Positions 9,507-16,303 of a DNA stretch of 32,000 nucleotides are shown piece after piece. Under the pieces are notes generated by a model that saw only the letters and a list, made by a program, of their open reading frames with translations, did not search any database and was not told the origin of the DNA. The DNA is from Candidatus Electronema halotolerans (GTDB lineage Bacteria > Desulfobacterota > Desulfobulbia > Desulfobulbales > Desulfobulbaceae): assembly GCA_942493095.1 (NCBI GenBank), contig OW818675.1, positions 3,090,001 to 3,122,000 on the forward strand, written 5' to 3'. A program made the translations under genes and the position numbers. How positions within the stretch are numbered: the first letter of the stretch is position 1; each line of letters opens with the position of its first letter.

Positions 9507-10244
9507 ATGGACAAACTGCCTGACAATCCGATGAACGCCGAAAGAAAAATCCTTATTTTCTCTGCTAATCCCCAAGATACCAGCCGCCTGCGCCTTGACA
9601 AAGAGCTTCGGGAAATCCAAGACAGATTGAGGCGGACTAAATATGGCAGTCAGTTCATCTTCAAATCAGCCCCTGCCGTCAGGATTCACGATCTTCAGCA
9701 GGAGCTGCTGGAACACGAACCCGACATTGTTCATTTCTGCGGCCACGGCGAAGAGGAAGGGATATTGGTTGAGGATGAACAGGGCAAGGCGGTCTTAGTT
9801 CCCTCTGAGGCCCTTGCCTCATTGTTCGCCCTGTGCGCAGAGCACGTTGCCTGTGTGCTCCTGAACTCCTGTCATTCTCATGTCCAAGCCGAGGCCATCT
9901 CGCAGCATATTCCGTATGTCATCGGGATGAAAAAAGCCGTTGGTGACGATGCGGCGGTGGAGTTTGCCGCTGGTTTTTACAATGCCTTGGGCTTTGGCAA
10001 GAGCATTGAGCAGGCTTTTGCCTTCGGCAAGAACGCTGTACAGCTCTACGATCTTCCCGATCATCTGACTCCCGTCCTGGTGCAACGACGGGCAGCGGTC
10101 AAGGAGCCGGAAAAGATCATTCTGCTTGCTGCCAATCCGTTGAATGAACCGCAGAACTGGAATCCCTATATCGAGATCAGCAGTGTCTGGTTAGTTTTTT
10201 GCAAGCGAATCTGTGAACAACAGACTGTCCGCTTGACAGCGTGA
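9507..10244 (+). pseudogene. Fragment 1 of an IS-split STAND NTPase gene: the CHAT (caspase-like) effector domain
   Basis: The fragment begins KILIFSANPQDTSRLRLDKELREI. It carries a His-Cys dyad context, DIVHFCGHG (His codon 9744-9746) and CVLLNSCHS (Cys codon 9870-9872). Authentic host sequence ends at 10177. The last 22 codons (SSVWLVFCKR...) are read-through into the left end of the IS4-family element. Confidence 0.85.
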
Positions 10245-10261
10245 CCGTGAGGTTTCATTAT
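10233..10261 (+). promoter_or_regulatory. Candidate transposase promoter inside the IS4-family element
   Basis: TTGACA (10233-10238), 17 nt, CATTAT (10256-10261). It lies 35 nt upstream of the GTG start, which is itself preceded by AGGGAG (10283-10288). Confidence 0.35.
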
Positions 10262-10295
10262 CTTCCTGTAATCAACAATAACAGGGAGATGCCTA

Positions 10296-11444
10296 GTGAA
10301 GCCGCTTGTTGTGAAGAAAAAAATCACGTCCCGAACGTATGATGAGTTCTGTCTGCCTCTGCGCGATATTTTGCGCAGCACTCCTGTGTTGAAGTCACGG
10401 GGAGACCGGCCTTTGCAAATGACGTTCGAGCATCAGCTCAATGCCCTGATCTGGTTTCATTTGCAGGAGCATGATTCGGCGCGGCATCTTGTTTCCGATC
10501 TCAACAGGAATGACTTTGCGAAGGAATTCATTGCGCCGGATGGAGGCATCAGCCGGAGCAGTTTTTCAGAAGCTGTTAATAATCGGGGACTTGAGCAGCT
10601 TCAGCATGTTTTCAATGAACTCTCAAAGCAGGCCCGCGCAACGCTTCCGGCTGACTTTCAGGCACTCGGCGAGCTTGTCGCAATCGACGGCTCGCTGATT
10701 GATACGGTTCTTTCCATGCACTGGGCTGATTACAGGAAAAAATCCAAGAAAGCCAAGGGTCATTTCGGGTTCGATATCAACCGGGGCATTCCGACCGGAT
10801 TCCATTTGACTGAAGGCAAGGCGGGAGAGCGTCCTTTTGTCGAGCAAATTCTCGCCGCAGGGCAGACAGGAGTGATGGACAGGGGGTATCAATCTCATAT
10901 TCTGTTCGATTCGCTTCAAAAAGCGGGAAAAAATTTTGTCTGCCGCATCAAAGCCTGCACAATAAAGAGTATTATCAAAGAAAATTGCGTCAAACCGGGC
11001 AGCAATGTCTTTCAAGATTCATCGGCGCATCTCGGCACGGCAAAAAATCGGACCGAGTTGCCGGTTCGGGTCATCGGGTATCTGGTTGAAGGAGTAAAAT
11101 ATTATGTCGCAACGAACAGGTTTGATCTGACAGCGGAACAGGTTGCGGAAATTTATAAGCTGCGCTGGAATATCGAAACGTTTTTCAATTGGTGGAAACA
11201 GCATCTGCATGTTTATCATCTGATTGCCCGAAGCAGATACGGTCTCACTGTTCAGATGCTCGGCGGATTGATCACATACCTGTTAATGGCAATGTATTGC
11301 CGGAAAAACTTCAATGAACAAGTTTCTGTTCAAAATATCAGACTGATACGGTCAAATATTCAGAATGAATTAATGGCGGCTGGACGAAATAACAGCGGAA
11401 CTTACTCCACGACATCCAGCGTAAAATTTTATGCAAAAACCTAA
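10296..11444 (+). CDS. IS4-family DDE transposase
   Basis: 382 aa. The GTG start sits 7 nt after the SD AGGGAG. The catalytic contexts are VAIDGSLI, VMDRGY and the IS4 signature Y(2)R(3)E(6)K in YKLRWNIETFFNWWK. The stop codon lies inside the right inverted repeat. Confidence 0.9.
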   Translation: MKPLVVKKKITSRTYDEFCLPLRDILRSTPVLKSRGDRPLQMTFEHQLNALIWFHLQEHDSARHLVSDLNRNDFAKEFIAPDGGISRSSFSEAVNNRGLEQLQHVFNELSKQARATLPADFQALGELVAIDGSLIDTVLSMHWADYRKKSKKAKGHFGFDINRGIPTGFHLTEGKAGERPFVEQILAAGQTGVMDRGYQSHILFDSLQKAGKNFVCRIKACTIKSIIKENCVKPGSNVFQDSSAHLGTAKNRTELPVRVIGYLVEGVKYYVATNRFDLTAEQVAEIYKLRWNIETFFNWWKQHLHVYHLIARSRYGLTVQMLGGLITYLLMAMYCRKNFNEQVSVQNIRLIRSNIQNELMAAGRNNSGTYSTTSSVKFYAKT

Positions 11445-11549
11445 CCGGACACTACTGATATCGAGATCATCAAGAAGAAGATTTCCTGCCCGATTGAGCA
11501 GCGCAGCCTGAGCATTGAGAACCTCAATAAGTTCCAAGACGATGCCTAT

Positions 11550-12998
11550 TTGCTGATATTGAGCAAGGTCAGTAAAAATAAACTGGTGATCGAGAACGAA
11601 TATCTCTGCAAAGACACGATCAGTTTTAAAGAACTTGACGACAACATCGGCAGCAGGCAGCTTGCCGGACTGTTCCTCTTTATCGATCAATTGCCGGAAG
11701 ACACGTTGCTTGATGAACTGACTTTGCCTGCCTTTTTGCTGCCGGTGGAGAATGAAAAGCAGCTCCGTAATGTGCTGTATCAGCTTTTCACCAAGAAGAA
11801 TATAGACTGCGACGACAAGAGCCGGATATTGAACAAGGCTGCTTTCCAGCTCTGCGCCCTGAATGGGAAACGTGATTTTGAGCACAAAAAGACCGATCTT
11901 CCTGAAAGCATCGACCGCCAGAAGCTAAAGGGCTTTGTGGGACGCAGCGATGACTTGGAGCATATCTGCCGCAAGCTCATGGAGCTGGACGAAGGCGAGC
12001 TGCTCACTGTCAAGGGCGCGGGCGGCATTGGCAAGACGCACACAGTGAAGAAGATTGCCGCTGCCTTGGCTGATCGGCACCTGTTCAGAGGCGGCATCCA
12101 CTTTATCGACTGCGAGCCGGTCACAGACAGCAAGCAGTTTCAGTTCAAGGCCGCTGCGGTCTTTGGACTGGAGCTGGCCGAAGACCTGTGGCAGCATCTC
12201 CGCGACCATCACGACGGCAAAGACCGCCTGATCATTTTCGACAACTTTGAACCGCTGCTCTATCTTGAGGAGCAGGACGAGATCAAAAAGATTCTCAGCA
12301 GGATTGCCAACTACGCCAAAGTGCTGGTCACGTCCAGAGAGCTGCTGGGCTTGGAATGCGAGCAAGTTCACCAGATGCGCCGCCTGACCACGGACGAGGC
12401 AGCCGAGCTGTTCACTGCTAAATTCAATGTGCCGGAGCAGGAACAGGAGTTGCTGCGCCAAGATATTCTCAGCAGGCAGTTGGACAACAATCCGCAGGCC
12501 ATCACGCTGATCACAGGTCAGCTACCCAAGGGCAAGAGCTTGGAGACGCTGCGGAAGGAGCTGGAAGAGAACCTGTTCGGCAAGGTCTGCGCCGATGAGC
12601 TGGAAGTCTTTGCCAGCGGCCCGGACAGCAATATTGAACGGAGGGACTCCATTTATGCCTCCATCCTCTATTCCTACCGCCGTTTGAATGCGGAGGAGAA
12701 AATGACCTTTGAGCTGCTTTCTTTATTCCCGGACGGCATTGAGCTGGAGAAGTTCAAGCGGTTGACCAGCACAGCGGAAAAGAAAGACAAACTGCCTCTA
12801 TCCCTGATCACAGACAGGCTGCTCAAGGCTTTGGAGGACAAGTCCATGCTGGAGAACAACAGCGGCCAGCTCAAACTCCAGTCGATGGTTGGCAGATTTG
12901 CCCAAGCCATGCTGAAGAAGCGGGAAGACTTTGCCCGTAAGCGATCACAGGGTACCGCTCAGACCCAGCTTAAATCCGGCATCTGTCCTCTGAAATAG
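11550..12998 (+). pseudogene. Fragment 2 of the IS-split STAND NTPase gene: a degenerate CHAT-like module plus the NB-ARC-type P-loop NTPase
   Basis: Walker A is GAGGIGKT (12015-12038) and Walker B is LIIFDNFE (12228-12251). It also has VLVTSR (the NB-ARC TTR/RNBS-B-like motif), RRLTTDEAAELF (ARC1-like) and NPQAITLITGQL (GLPL-like). The host frame is already open from 11468, directly after the duplication copy. Host sequence ends at 12936, and the last 20 codons read into the IS66 left end. Confidence 0.85.
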
Positions 12999-14422
12999 CA
13001 GCGCATGGCCTCGGTGAGCACCTCGAAAGTGGATTTTCCCCGAAGCAGGCATGTCTGCCGGAGGGAAAGGATTCGTTCAACCCAGCGGTTTCCCTTGTCG
13101 CTGTCAGTGCCCTGACTCCGTTTGCGCCACAGCACGCCGAAGCGGAGCATCCGTTCCGCTGGATTATTTGTCGGCTCTACGCCTTCTTCGAGCAAGAAAG
13201 TGAACAACGCCTCCATTTCCTTGTCAATATGACGGACAAACCTCCCCGCATCACTGTCGCAATCGCGCCAGCGTAGGATAAGTCGGCAGAGCCGGGCATA
13301 AAATGCGGACCATTCACCTTTGGTCGGCGGGTCTTTCGCCATGCGGCAGAGCCGCCGCAGTTCCGCAGCGGACCATTTGCCGCAGGCAGCCAGTTCAGGG
13401 TCAGCGCGCTCCGCAAGGCCGTCTGCCCGGCGGATAAGATGCGCGAGGCAAGTCTGCCGCTTGCCGACCCATTTTTGGTACACGTTGTATCCGTCGCTGA
13501 TGAGAATACCGTTCCAAGCGCCGATCAGTTCTTCAAAGGCTTCCTTAGAGCGTTTCGGATGAATCATGAAGAACGCGGCCTGCCGGTTCGCCATAACCCA
13601 TAACCAGCGCAGCCTGCCGCCAGTTTTCCACGTTGTTTCATCAACATGTCCGATATCCCCGCTTGTGACGGCAGCCCGGACGGCCTCATAGTGCGGCGCG
13701 ACAGCCGCCGGAGCTAGGTCAATGATCTTCTGCACCGCCCCGGCGCTGATAGGAACGCCGAGCACGGAACGGATGAACTTCCGCACAGTTCCCCGGCTGC
13801 TGCCGTCCATGCCGCTCAGTTCGGCAACCAGCGCGGTGAACCGCGCCCCGAAACCGGTTCTGAATTCATCGGGAACACAGCCTCTGACGGTTTTGCCGCA
13901 GGCGGCGCATTCCCCTTTATAAAGAAGGAAATGCCTGACCTGCATCACGATTTCCGGCAGTTCAATATGCTGATGCGTATAATATGACCGTATGTTTTTG
14001 AATTTGCCGCAACCGCAGGAGCAGGCGGAAGGATACATTTTTTGCGTTTCTGTCGGCGGCATCAGCTCCTGACGATATCCACGCCGCTTTTTCCGGGGCT
14101 TCCCCGCCTGATCTCTCTGCCGTTTTTCTGTAAACGGAGAGTCGGAAGAAGGCGGCCTGTTCGAGTTCGAGGAATCTTCGCCGAGTTTCGCCTCAAGCTC
14201 TTCGACCCGTTTTCTCAGCCGCGTTACCTCAGCGATCAAAAAAGACAGCAGCTTCCGCACCGCAGGAGGTGTAGCGGCAAGGTCTTCCTCGCTTATCTCA
14301 AAATTTTCACGATGGAACGGGGCGGTCACAGCTTTCTCCTGCGGAAAAAATTACTGCTCACAATTTATCCAGTTGCGATGCCAAGCGCCAGTGTTTTTTA
14401 GAGACACCCTGTGATCAGTTAC
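12937..14422 (-). mobile_element. Complete single-ORF IS66-family insertion sequence (1486 bp)
   Basis: The ends are GTAAGCGATCACAGGGT (12937-12953) and the reverse complement of 14406-14422, GTAACTGATCACAGGGT (15 of 17 identical). A GTAAGCG terminus is typical of IS66. The element is flanked by a perfect 8-bp direct repeat, CTTTGCCC, at 12929-12936 and 14423-14430, which is the usual IS66 duplication length. It has no tnpA or tnpB accessory ORFs. Confidence 0.88.
12959..14329 (-). CDS. IS66-family transposase (TnpC-type)
   Basis: 456 aa. The GTG start sits 5 nt after AGGAGA. It has an N-terminal leucine-zipper-like helix (VTRLRKRVEELEAKL) and a zinc-finger region with CSCGCG and CAACG. The DDE contexts are GHVDETTWK, LISDGYNVY and TNNPAERMLR. 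Confidence 0.9.
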   Translation of the reverse strand: MTAPFHRENFEISEEDLAATPPAVRKLLSFLIAEVTRLRKRVEELEAKLGEDSSNSNRPPSSDSPFTEKRQRDQAGKPRKKRRGYRQELMPPTETQKMYPSACSCGCGKFKNIRSYYTHQHIELPEIVMQVRHFLLYKGECAACGKTVRGCVPDEFRTGFGARFTALVAELSGMDGSSRGTVRKFIRSVLGVPISAGAVQKIIDLAPAAVAPHYEAVRAAVTSGDIGHVDETTWKTGGRLRWLWVMANRQAAFFMIHPKRSKEAFEELIGAWNGILISDGYNVYQKWVGKRQTCLAHLIRRADGLAERADPELAACGKWSAAELRRLCRMAKDPPTKGEWSAFYARLCRLILRWRDCDSDAGRFVRHIDKEMEALFTFLLEEGVEPTNNPAERMLRFGVLWRKRSQGTDSDKGNRWVERILSLRQTCLLRGKSTFEVLTEAMRCYFRGQMPDLSWV

Positions 14423-14603
14423 CTTTGCCCAGCTTTATCACAATGCCTTTACCTACAACCGAAGGTTAGCCTTTGCGCTGGCTCAGAAACTAATAACAGA
14501 TGAGGAAAGTAAGGCCCTAGAGAACTTCAGTCGTCAACAGGGAAATTTTCTTGCTGCCATCAAGTATTGCGATCGCTTTGAGGCAGATAAGGAAGAACTG
14601 CTG

Positions 14604-15566
14604 GTGTATCTTGCTAAATTAGTAGATTTATTTACTGGCATTTGTTCGTTAGACGGATTTATCAGTAAACTTTCGAGCAAGATGCACTTGTTTCAAGACA
14701 AAGAACGGCAATCTGTCGATGTAATCCTGCTATGGGCTAAATATTACAATGGTTATTTTCTGCAATCATTTTCAGAACTTCAACGTTTGCTACCGTTGGA
14801 GCAGATTAAGTTGTTGGACAGATTTGCTCTCAAAGAAAAACTTATAGCTAAATATGCTCGTGATATTTATGAAATGGAAGGTGAGGCACTATGGGCAGCA
14901 GAATATTACGCCCAACATCATGTTCCCCTCATTCTTTATCCTGATGCACTGCTATATCTCGGTGAATACAAATCACATTTGGTAGACGTCGGTCAGAATT
15001 GTTTTTGGAGCTTTGAAGTACTGAGCAATCTTGGTCAGCGGCCCTTAGAGAGGATTGATGCCTACCTTGCTGGGCTGCATGAAAAAAATCATATTGAGCG
15101 GATGCAAACCAGCTACACCCGTGCCAAGCTGAAACCGCTGCCAAAAGAGGTTATAGAACCTCTGGTCATCGTCAATCCCTACACCAGAGGGCTGAAAGAG
15201 CTGATGCTGGCCTTTATTGAGGAAGATGCGGAAAAGGCGGATGAACTCTATCAAGATGCGGCGGATCATCTCTGGCATATCAGGTACTATCATGTGGAGT
15301 CGCTCTATTTCTACGCCAAGTTTCTCCAGCAGCAAGGGGATGCGAAGTTTGAAGATGTCCATCAGCAAGGTCTGAAGCTCTCGCAAAAGCACCATTACCG
15401 CTTTTTGCAATATCGTTTTGAGGAACTGGTGCAACCCAGCGGCCTTGCCTACGATTCACGCAACTATCCCCTTCCTGACAACAAGGATTTCAGCGAGTAC
15501 ATCAACTTCCTGATCAAACTGAACCGCCAGCGGAACGAGCATCAGAAAAAACACCGTCTTCGCTGA
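14604..15566 (+). pseudogene. Fragment 3 of the IS-split STAND NTPase gene: the alpha-helical, TPR-like C-terminal (sensor) region
   Basis: The same reading frame is open from 14431, directly after the IS66 duplication copy, through the track start at 14604 (GTG) to the stop at 15566. The sequence is helical-repeat-like (e.g. YYAKFLQQQGDAKFEDVHQQGLKLSQKHHYRFLQYRFEEL). This stretch is visibly AT-richer than its surroundings. Confidence 0.8.
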
Positions 15567-15594
15567 GAGCCGCAAGACCTGCGCAGCAAGGCAA

Positions 15595-15847
15595 CAAAGG
15601 AATGTTGTTTATCACGCAAAGGTTGTTGTTCATCAACAGAGAAGTTTTGATAGCTGCGCAAGAAGTGTTTCTTCCTGCCAAAGGATTGTTGGCGGACTCC
15701 AAAAAAATGAATGCTATCAACAAAAGGTTAATACCTATCAACAAAGAGTTATTGATAGCTGCGCAAAGAGTTTTGTTCGCTAACAGATGAGTTGCAGGAG
15801 ATATTCAACGAATGAATGCTTCTTGCAAAGGAGCGATAGGAGTTATA
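15595..15847. repeat. Array of about 12 degenerate 21-bp tandem repeats with a 105-bp (5-unit) higher-order period
   Basis: Units are anchored on CAAAG-like starts at 15595, 15617, 15637, 15659, 15679, 15700, 15721, 15742, 15764, 15784, 15806 and 15826, with spacing of 20-22 nt. An exact 15-mer, TTGATAGCTGCGCAA, occurs at 15647-15661 and 15752-15766 (offset 105). Units n and n+5 are the most similar pairs. Confidence 0.7.
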
Positions 15848-15881
15848 CAGGCTCTCCGATAATTTCCGGGGTTGTATAATT

Positions 15882-16250
15882 CTAGTCGCGGATGTTGCAT
15901 TGAATCACTTCATCCTGCCCGGCAAGATAGACATTGCTGACAAACTCCACCGCAATCAGCCGTCCGTCTTTGGTCTCAAGCGGCAGATCATTGTAGCGGA
16001 CATATCTTTTCTGCTTCAATTCAGAGAACGCGGACTTTGATGCGTCAATATCTTTGAATGCCCCGATCTCCCAAAGATTTTTCCCTAAGAAATCCTCACG
16101 GGAATACCCCAGCATTTCTATCAAAAAGGGATTCACGTCTGCAATCTTCCCGGTCTTGGCATCAAGGATCAGAATTCCGTCTCTGGCCGCTTCAAAAAGC
16201 CGCCGATAACGGATTTCTGAAGATATCATGCGTTGCTCGCTCTGTTCCAT
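15882..16250 (-). CDS. Stand-alone PAS-domain protein (probably a truncated sensor remnant)
   Basis: 122 aa. RYRRLFEAARDGILILDAKTGKIADVNPFLIEMLGYSREDFLGKNLWEI...AVEFVSNVYLAGQDEVIQCNIRD is a complete PAS fold with no output domain. It lies 53 nt downstream of the glucan synthase gene on the same strand. Confidence 0.85.
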   Translation of the reverse strand: MEQSEQRMISSEIRYRRLFEAARDGILILDAKTGKIADVNPFLIEMLGYSREDFLGKNLWEIGAFKDIDASKSAFSELKQKRYVRYNDLPLETKDGRLIAVEFVSNVYLAGQDEVIQCNIRD

Positions 16251-16303
16251 GTTGCCTTAGATGGAAGAAAGAAGAATGGATATGTGCTTTTTTGCAAACG
16301 CTG

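Larger units (their letters stand above)
10178..11457 (+). mobile_element. Complete IS4-family insertion sequence (1280 bp)
   Basis: The terminal inverted repeats are CAGCAGTGTCTGGTTAGTTTTTTGCA (10178-10203) and the reverse complement of 11432-11457, CAGTAGTGTCCGGTTAGGTTTTTGCA (23 of 26 identical). The element is flanked by a perfect 10-bp direct repeat, ATATCGAGAT, at 10168-10177 and 11458-11467. It contains a single DDE transposase ORF. The boundary is ambiguous by 1 nt because both sides continue with C. Confidence 0.88.

Noticed and set aside
9221-9620. Minus-strand ORFs (126 aa and 77 aa) spanning the lepA 3' end and the lepA/CHAT intergenic region. I checked them as a possible missing half of the truncated PAS sensor.
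   Set aside because: They have no kinase or other motifs, overlap lepA and the CHAT start, and lack an SD. They do not support the idea that the island split a sensor gene at this site.
15602-15790. The 62-aa ORF with heptad-like repeats, and the opposite-strand 76-aa ORF 15514-15744.
   Set aside because: The heptad pattern is a by-product of the 21-bp DNA repeat and continues beyond the stop codon. No SD precedes the ATG. I kept it as a repeat feature and finding, not as a CDS.
15595-15847. Whether the short repeat array could be a CRISPR array.
   Set aside because: The units are contiguous with no unique spacers, degenerate, only about 21 bp long and not palindromic. No cas genes are in the window.
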